The position numbers and the translations under genes were made by a program. Below are positions 20,306 through 29,413 of a stretch of DNA of 64,000 bases, piece after piece. The first letter of the stretch is position 1. Each line of letters starts with the position of its first letter. The stretch covers positions 1,280,001 to 1,344,000 of the forward strand of contig OZ242221.1 in the NCBI GenBank assembly GCA_965206845.1. Reading direction: 5' to 3'. Under the pieces are notes generated by a model that did no database searches, was not told the DNA's origin, and saw nothing but the letters and a program-made list of their open reading frames with translations. Source of the DNA: Cenarchaeum sp. (GTDB taxonomy: Archaea > Thermoproteota > Nitrososphaeria > Nitrososphaerales > Nitrosopumilaceae).

Positions 20306-21118
20306 ATGGCTGACAAGTCCGGCATAGGGTGGACGGAGGCCACTTGGAACCCCACTACCGGCTGCACCAAGATATCCTCGGGCTGCAAGAACTGCTACGC
20401 CGAGACGCTCTCCAAGAGACTGAAGGCCATGGGGCTCAAGAAGTACAGGAACAACTTCAGGCTCACCCAGCACGCGGACGAGGTGGAGCGCCCCCTGCAC
20501 TGGAAGAAGCCAAAAAAGATCTTTGTAAACAGCATGTCGGACCTGTTCCACGAGAATGTGGAGATGGAGTTTGCCGGAAGGTGCTTCTCTACAATGGTCA
20601 GGGCGGACTGGCACATCTACCAAATCCTGACGAAGCGTCCCCAGAAGATGTCCGAGTTCTCAGACCTGTTCGCCAGATATTTCAAGTTCCCGATTCCCGG
20701 CCACATCTGGATGGGGGTAAGCGTGGAGGACAACGATGCCACATGGAGGATCAGGGAGCTGGAGAAGGTGAAATGCTCCATGCGCTTTGTCAGCTTTGAG
20801 CCGCTACTGGCAGACATCAAGAAGACCGACCTGCGGAAGATCGACTGGGCCATAATCGGCGGAGAGAGCGGCCACCGGTACAGGCACGTAAGGGAGGGGT
20901 GGGTGCAGAACCTGCTAGAGCAGTGCCTCCGACAGAACGTAAGCGTGTTCTTCAAGCAATGGGGCGGACCAAGGCCCCACTCTGGCGGCCGCGTAATAAA
21001 CGGAAGGACATATGACCAGTTTCCAGACACAAAACCCGATAAGACACGTCACGCTGAAAGGGCGGAGCGACTGCGGGAGAGTTCGCCGCTACACGAGTCG
21101 ATTACGCGCATTCCCTAG
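20306..21118 (+). CDS. DUF5131 (phage Gp37/Gp68-like) three-Cys protein
   Basis: IGWTEATWNPTTGCTKISSGCKNCYA, IFVNSMSDLFH, SFEPLL, IIGGESG, FFKQWGG. Confidence 0.9.
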   Translation: MADKSGIGWTEATWNPTTGCTKISSGCKNCYAETLSKRLKAMGLKKYRNNFRLTQHADEVERPLHWKKPKKIFVNSMSDLFHENVEMEFAGRCFSTMVRADWHIYQILTKRPQKMSEFSDLFARYFKFPIPGHIWMGVSVEDNDATWRIRELEKVKCSMRFVSFEPLLADIKKTDLRKIDWAIIGGESGHRYRHVREGWVQNLLEQCLRQNVSVFFKQWGGPRPHSGGRVINGRTYDQFPDTKPDKTRHAERAERLRESSPLHESITRIP

Positions 21119-21373
21119 TCCGAACCGCAGGGATGCCACCGCCCGGCTCCGGGAAGGGCGCATGACTACATGCCATTTGGTATTTTTCCGATTCTGGCAT
21201 CCGTGGGGGGCCTAATGGGTCATGGCATGTGTGGCGCAGGCAACCCAGTGCGGCCGGTCTCTGTACCATCTCCGGTTCGCGCGGCGTGCCTGGCCGGGGA
21301 ACCAGTCACTGCGGTTCTCTGATTAGCCCATGGGGAGCAAAACAGTCGTAGCAAGGATGAAGCGCGTGGTGGT

Positions 21374-22156
21374 TTACAGCCGGCCTATGCGGGCCTCTTC
21401 TAGCACCCAGTCATAGCCCCGGGCCTCTAGCTCGTCTGCCAGGGACGCGTCACCGCTCTTGAGTACCTTGCCCTGGGCGAACACATGCACAAAGTCCAGC
21501 TTGTTGAGGAATCTCAGAATTCTTGCATAGTGGGTGATCACTATTGTGGTCGAGTCCTTGCCGGATACCTCGCTTATCGCCTTGGCCACCGACTGCACCG
21601 CGTCTATGTCCAGACCCGAGTCGGGCTCGTCCAGTATGGATATGTTCGGCCTGAGGACGGCCATCTGGAGCACCTCGGAACGCTTCTTCTCTCCGCCGGA
21701 GAACCCCTCGTTGAGGTACCTTGACAGAAACTCGTCCCTGAGTCCCACCTGGCTCAGGTTCCTCTTGAGGTACTTTTGAAACTCCCTTACCGTGATGAAG
21801 ACCTCCCTGTCCTCGCTCTGTAGTGCCCTGCTAAGCGAGTTGTAGGATGTTCTCAGAAAGTGTGAAAAGCCCACGCCGGAGACCTCGGTGGGGTACTGGA
21901 ATCCCAGAAAGATCCCCTTTCTTGCCCTCTCGTCGGCCTTCATCCCAAGAATGCTTTGGCCATCAAGCAGGACGTCGCCTGATGTGACCTCGTACTTTGG
22001 GTGTGCCAGGAGGGTGTATGCCAAGGTACTCTTGCCAGATCCGTTGGGGCCCATGATTGCGTGAACCTCGCCCGGGCCTGTCTTCAGGTTGACTCCCTTG
22101 AGGATCTCCTTTCCGTCTACCCTCACGTGAAGATCCTTTATCTCCAGCACTGCCAT
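21374..22156 (-). CDS. sufC: Fe-S cluster assembly ATPase SufC
   Basis: GPNGSGKST, LNEGFSGGEKKR.E, LDEPDSGLDIDA. Confidence 0.95.
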   Translation of the reverse strand: MAVLEIKDLHVRVDGKEILKGVNLKTGPGEVHAIMGPNGSGKSTLAYTLLAHPKYEVTSGDVLLDGQSILGMKADERARKGIFLGFQYPTEVSGVGFSHFLRTSYNSLSRALQSEDREVFITVREFQKYLKRNLSQVGLRDEFLSRYLNEGFSGGEKKRSEVLQMAVLRPNISILDEPDSGLDIDAVQSVAKAISEVSGKDSTTIVITHYARILRFLNKLDFVHVFAQGKVLKSGDASLADELEARGYDWVLEEARIGRL

Positions 22157-22231
22157 AACACCCCTGCTTTTTCTCCATAATATAACACAGCCGAATTTTA
22201 GCTATTCCTAATATGGGCGGAAAATGCGGGT

Positions 22232-23185
22232 TCAGCGTCTGGCGTGTGCGGGCTGCAGGACAACGTTGATCTTGTATCTGGTCATAATCTCCCTGCACCG
22301 GTTTCTTATGGTCACCTCGGTAACCCCGGCAATGTTGGATACGTCCCTCTGCAGTATGTTGAGTCCCAGAAGCGTTGACGCAACATACAGGTATGCTGCG
22401 GCGATGCCGTTTGGCGCCTTGCCGTCTGTCATGTTGCTGCCTTTTGTCTTCTCGGCAATCTCCAGTGCCAGGCGCTCGACCCGGACATCGGTCCTTGTAA
22501 GGTTTGCAATCTTGGAGATGTACCTGTCCATGGTGACCACGGGCATGACGCTGTCTGTCTCCATCACTATGGTCCTGTAGTACTTGGCCGCAAGCTTTGT
22601 CTTGGTTCTGACGTCACCTGCGGCACAGATTCCACGGGCTATCTCATCCATGGATCTTACCACATAGCACTGCTTACAGGCAATGTAGATGACCGCAATG
22701 GATATGCTTGTCACGGACTTGCCCTTAACGTCGATCTTGCCGTCCAGATTCCTGTACGTCATGGCGGATGTCTCGCGCACATTCTTTGGAAGCCCGAGGC
22801 TCTGGCATGCCTCGCCGATCTTTGTGAGCACGTTTGCCAGTCTTCTGTCCCGGGGATTGGATACCCGGATACGCTGCTGCCACTTGCGCATGCTGTGCAT
22901 CTGGCTTGCAACATTGGATGTGATCGTCTTGCCGCTGTAGTCCTTTTTACTGATGGATATCTCCGTTGAGATTCCAAGATCATGCTGGGAGTACGTCGTC
23001 TGTCCGGTGGCTCGTGCGACCCTCATGCGCTCCTCCATGTCGGTGCTCATCGACTCGGGGCCGCAGTCTGCCATCTGTTCTGCCACCACCATGCCGCAGC
23101 CCGAGCATATGATCTCACCGTTCGGTATGTCGTCTACCAGGGAGGATCTGCATTCCGGGCAGCACTGCGCCCCCCTAATCCTCAT
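22232..23185 (-). CDS. tfb: Transcription initiation factor IIB (TFB paralog)
   Basis: CPEC...GEIICSGCG zinc ribbon, two cyclin repeats, GVTEVTIRNR. Confidence 0.92.
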   Translation of the reverse strand: MRIRGAQCCPECRSSLVDDIPNGEIICSGCGMVVAEQMADCGPESMSTDMEERMRVARATGQTTYSQHDLGISTEISISKKDYSGKTITSNVASQMHSMRKWQQRIRVSNPRDRRLANVLTKIGEACQSLGLPKNVRETSAMTYRNLDGKIDVKGKSVTSISIAVIYIACKQCYVVRSMDEIARGICAAGDVRTKTKLAAKYYRTIVMETDSVMPVVTMDRYISKIANLTRTDVRVERLALEIAEKTKGSNMTDGKAPNGIAAAYLYVASTLLGLNILQRDVSNIAGVTEVTIRNRCREIMTRYKINVVLQPAHARR

Positions 23186-23433
23186 CTTCTTCTCCTCCTT
23201 TCGGACTCGGCCCCTAGCGCGAAGAGCTTCTTTCCGACAATGTTTCTCAAGTTGTTGGTAAGCGGTCTGGCTGATGCGTAGGGTCTGGTCAGGGGGCCTA
23301 TGAGCTCCATGACCTTTGCTATCTTTGTCCCGCTTCTGTCACAGAGTATGTGGCCCTCGTCGGCATCACCATTCAGCTGAATTATGATTCTACCACTGCC
23401 AGCCACATGAAGTACCTCGCCAACTTCATGCAT
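23182..23433 (-). CDS. gar1: H/ACA RNP subunit Gar1/Naf1-like
   Basis: VG.VLH...SG.II, KVMELIGP..RPY; adjacent to srp19 and tfb. Confidence 0.75.
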   Translation of the reverse strand: MHEVGEVLHVAGSGRIIIQLNGDADEGHILCDRSGTKIAKVMELIGPLTRPYASARPLTNNLRNIVGKKLFALGAESERRRRR

Positions 23434-23493
23434 ACAGGATTAAGCGAACTACCTATTATCATAGATTTCTATCAAACTTTTTCCATCAACAAG

Positions 23494-23814
23494 CTAGATT
23501 TGACTCTTCTTTGTCTTCTTGTGGCGCTTTGCCACCAGTCTCCGGGATATGCTGCCTAGCGCCTTGGTCTTGTGGGATGTCTTTGGCAGCACCACGTACC
23601 CGGATCTGACGTATGGTCTCCGTGGGAACCTTACTTGATCCTTGGATTCGACAACCTTTAGATCTGCCTCCACTGTGGCGTCTGTCAGCTCCTTCATGGT
23701 GGGCTCAAAGATGCATTTTTCCCGGGGCAGGCGCCTCCCCTTTGCCTTGGTCAGATTCTTGTTAAAGTAGTCCAGCCAGATTACGATGTGATCGTAATCC
23801 TTCATCGCCATCAC
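23494..23814 (-). CDS. srp19: Signal recognition particle protein SRP19
   Basis: IWLDYFN......GRRLP, FPRRPY..SGYVV. Confidence 0.88.
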   Translation of the reverse strand: MMAMKDYDHIVIWLDYFNKNLTKAKGRRLPREKCIFEPTMKELTDATVEADLKVVESKDQVRFPRRPYVRSGYVVLPKTSHKTKALGSISRRLVAKRHKKTKKSQI

Positions 23815-24191
23815 TCTATGAGTACTGCGGCGACGCTACCGTTCTGGCCTGGCCTGGAGACGATCCTGCATCTGCCTTCCTGCGTCTCTAAGATCGCACC
23901 CTTTGTAATTATTCCACGCCTCTTGTAGTCGTTGTTCGTGGGGTTGTCAAGCACCTTGAGTATCTTGGTCTTTCTTACCTTCTCGCCGGGTACGGCCAGA
24001 TTCACAAAGTCTACCGTCTTGAGCGCCGTCTTTGATCCCCTTCCTCGAACCTTTCTTGTTATGGTCTCTTGGGCCCCGATCCTCGCCTCGTTGGGATACC
24101 TGTCGATCTCGTACTTTCTTCTGATCCGCAACGGGTGCCTCCTGCCGCCGGTCAGCTTGCTGGTGGCCAGATTCTCTACGGACTTTCTCAC
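23811..24191 (-). CDS. rps8e: 30S ribosomal protein S8e
   Basis: KLTGGR, RRGIITKGAI, SRPGQNG. Confidence 0.95.
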   Translation of the reverse strand: MRKSVENLATSKLTGGRRHPLRIRRKYEIDRYPNEARIGAQETITRKVRGRGSKTALKTVDFVNLAVPGEKVRKTKILKVLDNPTNNDYKRRGIITKGAILETQEGRCRIVSRPGQNGSVAAVLIE

Positions 24192-24326
24192 AAGATGCCT
24201 CTCCGATACTCTAATTTATACAAAACGAAGCTGCACCGACGTGCCGCCATCTGCCATACCTGACCGGGCATGGAGACACGGATGTGCAAGAACCATATCC
24301 GGACTAGCGGAACCCGTACCTGCTCC

Positions 24327-24896
24327 CTACGCCGTGGGGGCAGCCTGATCGACCTTTCTTACCTTTTTGAAGAGCCTCTCCTTCACGGCGCTGGTGTCCC
24401 CCTGGATGCCAAAGTATTTCTGGAACTTTTCTGTGGTCGAATATATCTTGAACCTCCCGACGTTCTCGTGCCTGATAAAGTCCAGCTGCCTTAGCTCCTT
24501 GAAATGAGCATAGACGCCGGTGCCCCGGGCCTCTACCAGATCCTTTGATGAGACCGGCTGCATGTATGCTATGTACGACAGGGTCTTGAGGGTGGCTTTT
24601 GGCAGGATGGGCTTTGAGGCGTACCTGCGGATGTACTGGCTGTACTCTGGCTTGAGCTGAAAGACGTAAGATCCGTCGGGGAGCGTGGTTATCTCTAGTG
24701 CGGTGAATGCGGTTCTCATGTTCTTGACTATCTTCTGGAGCAGATCTGCGGTCCTGGTTCGGGACTCGGTTCCGGATGCCCGCATTATCTCCTCGATCTT
24801 GAGGGGCCTCCCTGCGGAGTAGAGCGCCGCCTCGATGCGCGCCGTTGCCTCCGCGTCTGATGCCGTTCTGGCCATGTCTGGGATTGGCGGTTCCAT
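24327..24896 (-). CDS. scpB: SMC-Scp complex subunit ScpB
   Basis: IEAALYSAGRP, TLSYIAYMQP, YSTTEKF..YFG. Confidence 0.9.
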   Translation of the reverse strand: MEPPIPDMARTASDAEATARIEAALYSAGRPLKIEEIMRASGTESRTRTADLLQKIVKNMRTAFTALEITTLPDGSYVFQLKPEYSQYIRRYASKPILPKATLKTLSYIAYMQPVSSKDLVEARGTGVYAHFKELRQLDFIRHENVGRFKIYSTTEKFQKYFGIQGDTSAVKERLFKKVRKVDQAAPTA

Positions 24897-25061
24897 TTAA
24901 AAAAGAACTTCTTGTCCAACTTTGACTGCATTGTGAATCTATGTTGCGTGCCCGTGCGGAGTCGTCCCTGCCCCTATTCCGCGTGGCCTGCGCACACGGA
25001 TCCTTGCGCCTGTCTGGCATTGTAAAAACAATTTATAATGAACGGGGGGCCTCTGGCATGG

Positions 25062-25135
25062 GGGCCCGTAACTCAGCTTGGTAGAGTAACCGACTCATAA
25101 TCGGTGAGCCAAGGGATCGAAGCCCTTCGGGCCCA
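25062..25135 (+). tRNA. tRNA with CAT anticodon, probably tRNA-Ile2 (or elongator Met)
   Basis: GGGCCCG/CGGGCCC acceptor, ACCGA-CTCATAA-TCGGT anticodon arm, TATA-like TTTATAA at ~25032. Confidence 0.9.
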
Positions 25136-25236
25136 CTCTCATCACCGCCTCTCCAACATCAGGGGCCGTGCCGCACCGCCGGTACCGTGCCCCATGCCGA
25201 TCAGTTTTAAAGACAGGCGCCCGGCACCATACCTTG

Positions 25237-25295
25237 CCGCAATGAAGAATCAGAGTTATGGCTGATGGGTGATGTGAAGGCATTTGACTGAGCGG
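25237..25295 (+). ncRNA. Box C/D guide sRNA
   Basis: CCGC/GCGG terminal stem, C ATGAAGA 25242, D' CTGA 25262, C' GTGATGT 25269, D CTGA 25288; TATA TTTTAAA at 25205, T7 tract after. Confidence 0.8.
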
Positions 25296-25444
25296 TTTTT
25301 TTGCGTCGTTTATGCCCGGCCGCAGCTGTTGCAGGCATGCCCTGCGCGATCCCCCCCACCCTGCAGGACAGGCGCGTCCCAAAGGCGAGGCATGGCCACA
25401 TTCAGAAGCGCTGGATTTATTTGAGTTTGCGGCGTGGCATACCC

Positions 25445-26527
25445 ATGCCCGAGATCTGGATTAACTACGGCATGCACGATGTGGTCTTGGACGTGAGGGC
25501 TGAGAACTTGGAACAGAACATCGGCTCCGGCGGCCAGGTGATGGATGATGCCGCAGTATCTGAGAGGCTAGCGGCTCTGGACACGTCCAAGCCCACGGAG
25601 CTCGTGATGCTACACTACTCCAAGGCAGTTCAAAAGGCGACCTTGGCGCTCTTTGCGGAGTGTGAACAAAAGTCGCACCCGATTCCACGAGTCTTGGCCG
25701 ATGCCAGAATAATGAGCCTCATCCGGTCATCCCTCCCCGAGGGAAGCTCTGTGCTGCCCTTTGAGACAGATGGCTTGGACGGCCAGAACCTGGTATTTGT
25801 CGCCGAGATGGAGCTTGACGGGCTGTTCGGCTACGATACGATTGCCACCCGGCTCCTGCGAAGGTTTGGGGTGGACGGCATGCTCGCTGCATACACAAAG
25901 CGCAAGGGAGACGCCCCGGTGCCAGGACAGGACACCGACAGCATCCGCGAGGCGGCCGCATTTGCAGACCGCTTTGAGATACAGGGGATAGAGATAGTGG
26001 CAAACTCGGATGGCATCGTGGATATGCAGGTGGACCACCCCTCAAAGACGATGGCGCTCACCGGGGCCTTTGGATCTGCGGCATCGCGGGACGCGGGAAG
26101 GCACAAGTCCGTAATCATAAGCACAGGAAAGGGCTCCAGCAACGACACGCTGTCCCGATCCCTCTCCTCGCTGTGGAGCTGCAGCTCCGCCGTAAAGAGT
26201 GGCGGACTGGCAATCCTGATGGCCGAGTGCGGCGGCGGAGTCGGCTCCACAGCCATCCGGCAGCAGATCGAGGACCGGCTCAGGACAAACTCGCTGCGGA
26301 ACCCCGCAAGGTACATAGACGGAATGGAGAACCTGCTGTTCCTCTCCGAGGTGGGCCGGAACCTCAGGATCGGCATTGTGTCAACGCTTCCAGAGTTTTA
26401 CGTAAAGCGGCTGGGCATGATACCCCTCGGCAGCGCAAAGCATGCGCTGCAGTATATCCTCAAGAACCAGGGCCCGCGCCAGAAGGTTCTGGTTGCCTCT
26501 GACGGGGCACGCACGCTGCTACGGTAG
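25445..26527 (+). CDS. LarA/DUF2088-like (lactate racemase fold) protein, divergent
   Basis: WINYG start, IISTG, VKSGG.AILMAEC.GG.G, C-terminal KVLV..DG. Confidence 0.6.
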   Translation: MPEIWINYGMHDVVLDVRAENLEQNIGSGGQVMDDAAVSERLAALDTSKPTELVMLHYSKAVQKATLALFAECEQKSHPIPRVLADARIMSLIRSSLPEGSSVLPFETDGLDGQNLVFVAEMELDGLFGYDTIATRLLRRFGVDGMLAAYTKRKGDAPVPGQDTDSIREAAAFADRFEIQGIEIVANSDGIVDMQVDHPSKTMALTGAFGSAASRDAGRHKSVIISTGKGSSNDTLSRSLSSLWSCSSAVKSGGLAILMAECGGGVGSTAIRQQIEDRLRTNSLRNPARYIDGMENLLFLSEVGRNLRIGIVSTLPEFYVKRLGMIPLGSAKHALQYILKNQGPRQKVLVASDGARTLLR

Positions 26528-27619
26528 GAGAGAGGCCGGTAGCGGCGCGCAGAGTACGGCCAGCACGACTATTGCCGCATATGCGTACTTGCGGCTGCGC
26601 GGCAGGGGCGAGACATCGTCCATTATGGGCGCGCTGGTATTTCTGGAGCTCAAAACCAGGATCATAAACCCCATGATCCAAAAGTTCAGCGGCCAGATCA
26701 GGATGCCTATGCTGCCATACGTGGTGATCCTGTGCCATTTCAGGCCCAGGAGGGTTCTTGCCATGTGGCCGCCGTCAAGCTGCCAGGCGGGCAGCATGTT
26801 CAGGAATGTGATGAGGAAGCCAAACCACGCCGCAAAGAGCAGCGGCGTCATCAGCACCTCGGATCCGGGGCCGCCCTTGCCAAATATGTTGAATGCCGCG
26901 GTCATCAGCAGTGGCTCACCAAGATCCCAGGAAACCAGGCTCCTGTCTCCGTACAGCCGGTCTGCCATCTCCATGGGGATCACGGGCGCGGTGTACGCGC
27001 CGTACATGGTGACGATAACTGTGATGACCAGCCCCGCCACCGGGCCGGCAATTGCCACGTCAAAGAGGATCTCCCGGTTTATGGTAATCCCTCTGACCTG
27101 AAATATGACCGCTCCAAACGTGGGAATGCCGCCTATGGGGATTCCGGGAATAAAGTACGGCCATGTTGCCTTGAGCCTGTGATACTTGGCTACCGCCATG
27201 TGGCCCAGCTCGTGCACGCCTAGGATGCCCAGCAGCGCCAAGGTAAAGATGCCTGCCATCTCGAGTGGTTCGCCGATATAGATGACGCTGTTTGCCTCAA
27301 GTGTCCTGTAGTAGCCGTTTATCATCACAAACGCCACCACTATCCCAAACAGCGCCCTGGGAATCCATGAGGAGGACAGTATCCTTCTGTTCTTTCTGGG
27401 CGGCAGGCGGCTGACGATTATGTAGATGCCGTCGTGCCCGTTTACCATCCTGGCAACAAGATCCATGGCGTACATCTCATGCGCCAGGGCGACAAACTTC
27501 TCCTTGTGGTCTCCATCTTCCACCTGGATCCTGACTCTCTCGAGGGTTCTCTCCACGCCGGTTACCTCAAACCGCGCCGATACCATGGATATGATCCTCT
27601 CTGAAGTGGGCTCGCTCAA
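26519..27619 (-). CDS. Site-2 protease (peptidase M50)
   Basis: HELGH, AIAGPVAG, NMLPAWQLDGGH. Confidence 0.92.
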   Translation of the reverse strand: MSEPTSERIISMVSARFEVTGVERTLERVRIQVEDGDHKEKFVALAHEMYAMDLVARMVNGHDGIYIIVSRLPPRKNRRILSSSWIPRALFGIVVAFVMINGYYRTLEANSVIYIGEPLEMAGIFTLALLGILGVHELGHMAVAKYHRLKATWPYFIPGIPIGGIPTFGAVIFQVRGITINREILFDVAIAGPVAGLVITVIVTMYGAYTAPVIPMEMADRLYGDRSLVSWDLGEPLLMTAAFNIFGKGGPGSEVLMTPLLFAAWFGFLITFLNMLPAWQLDGGHMARTLLGLKWHRITTYGSIGILIWPLNFWIMGFMILVLSSRNTSAPIMDDVSPLPRSRKYAYAAIVVLAVLCAPLPASLLP

Positions 27620-27824
27620 TGTGTCTTCAGTACTCCTACATGCTCAGTACATTAGAGTTTATGCGCAGTGGGCCGCCTGGGAGGGACCGAGCAGGTGGGG
27701 ACTGCCCCAGTCTGCTCCACAGGCAAGGCACAAGAAACAGGTGCTGGTGGGATCGCAGGAGCGCCAGAAAGAGGCATTGGCCGTATTGACTAATGTATAT
27801 AATTCCCAAGTTCTTACCCAAGTC

Positions 27825-28325
27825 ATGCAAGTGGTCTTGCGTCGGCTGATGGACGGCATCGTGAGGAGGGCGGAGCTGGGCGATCTCATTCCAATAATGG
27901 AGATCAACCTCAAGACCTTGCCTGAGCACTACTCGGACTACTTTTACGAGAGCCTCCTAGCAGAGCTTCCAGAGGCGTTCCTGGTAGCCGAGGTGGATTG
28001 CATGCATGCCGGCTACATAATGTGCAAGACCGAGTACGGGTTCTCCAACTTTAAGAAGCTGGGATTTGTAAAGAAGGGTCACGTGGTCTCCGTTGCGGTG
28101 CTACCGGTGTTCCGCAAGAAGGGACTGGGCAAGGCGCTGGTAGAGGAGGCCATGAACGGTGTCATGCTCAGAAAGTGCGACGAGCTGTACCTGGAGGTGC
28201 GGTGCAGCAACACTGCCGCCGTGCGCCTGTACGAGGGTCTGGGGTTCATAATAAGGCACAGGCTCAGGTCGTACTACCGGGACGGCGAGGATGCCTACCT
28301 TATGGCAGTGGAATTTACGCGTTAA
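27825..28325 (+). CDS. N-terminal acetyltransferase (Ard1/RimI-like GNAT)
   Basis: LPEHY, GHVVSVAV...RKKGLG, LEVRCSN, YYRDGEDAY. Confidence 0.9.
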   Translation: MQVVLRRLMDGIVRRAELGDLIPIMEINLKTLPEHYSDYFYESLLAELPEAFLVAEVDCMHAGYIMCKTEYGFSNFKKLGFVKKGHVVSVAVLPVFRKKGLGKALVEEAMNGVMLRKCDELYLEVRCSNTAAVRLYEGLGFIIRHRLRSYYRDGEDAYLMAVEFTR

Positions 28326-28358
28326 CTAATAAATAACAATCAGACATCCTCACATCTG

Positions 28359-28577
28359 TTGACTCGGCGGAAGGTAGCAGGCATCCTGATCTTCATCGGC
28401 TGTCTCGGCGGGTTCTTTCTGTACGCGTACCTGCTGATGCTCTCCGAGTGGAGTCCCATCGTCCTGCAGCTTACCGTGCTCATGGCAGTCGGCGGCGTGC
28501 TGGGAATCATCTCTTGGATAGGGTACACCATGGCAACCACCAAGCCCGCGCCGTCATCCGTAACCGATGACGTCTAG
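28359..28577 (+). CDS. Small two-TM membrane protein
   Basis: Two hydrophobic helices, WIGYTMATT.P motif. Confidence 0.65.
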   Translation: MTRRKVAGILIFIGCLGGFFLYAYLLMLSEWSPIVLQLTVLMAVGGVLGIISWIGYTMATTKPAPSSVTDDV

Positions 28578-29413
28578 TCTTTTGTGATTCTTGCGTCCAC
28601 CACGGTCTGGTAGTACCTCGGACCCACCGCCCGGACTATTCTTGATCCCAGGATCTCGGATCTGACGGGGGCGACCTTCAGGTAGTGCCGCTCTGAGAGG
28701 CCTGGGGCGTCGGACTTGAGATCGGCGTGGATGTGGGAGTAGTAGTGGATCGTGCCGCCGCTCCTCGTTGCAGATACCGCCGAGTCCAGAAACTCGTCTG
28801 ACCTCTCGGGAAGCAGCATCAGGGTTCGGTCCGATGCCCCTTCAAGGCCCCCGGCAATCACCTGCCTTGCGTCGCCGCAGATCGGAACCACTTCGCCTGT
28901 CATCCTGTTCCACTCGACGTTCTGCTGGCACAGCTGCGCGGCCAGCGGGTTTATGTCTATGCTGTATACGGTGCATTTTTGCCTCTTGGCGGCTATTATC
29001 GAGAACATGCCGACGCCGGCAAACATGTTGATCACGGTCTCGCCGCGGCGCACCAGTCCGGCGATGCGCTCCCTCTCTGATGACAGGCGCGGCGACACGA
29101 ACGCCCCCTGTACGTCCACCATGAACCTGCAGCCGCTCTCCCGGTACTCGGTCCGTGTCGAGTCCTCGCCTGCTATGATCTCAAGATCCCGGATCCTGTA
29201 GTCGCCCTGCACGTCAGAGGACTGGCAGTAGACGGACCGGGCCGGCTTGACCTGCTCCAGCAGGGCCCTGCCGATGATCCCCCTCTTTGGCAGCAGCGCG
29301 TCCGGAATGCGCACCACGATGATGCCGCCGATCTGATCAAATGCCGAGAAGAGCTGGCTGCATTCCTGCGGGCTCAGAACCCCTTCCAGGGCCCTGCGAA
29401 GCATCCGGGTCAA
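28574..29413 (-). CDS. Trm5/Taw2 (Met-10-like) tRNA methyltransferase
   Basis: SPRLSSERERI, NMFAGVG.F, IDINP, IHYY. Confidence 0.85.
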   Translation of the reverse strand: MTRMLRRALEGVLSPQECSQLFSAFDQIGGIIVVRIPDALLPKRGIIGRALLEQVKPARSVYCQSSDVQGDYRIRDLEIIAGEDSTRTEYRESGCRFMVDVQGAFVSPRLSSERERIAGLVRRGETVINMFAGVGMFSIIAAKRQKCTVYSIDINPLAAQLCQQNVEWNRMTGEVVPICGDARQVIAGGLEGASDRTLMLLPERSDEFLDSAVSATRSGGTIHYYSHIHADLKSDAPGLSERHYLKVAPVRSEILGSRIVRAVGPRYYQTVVDARITKD

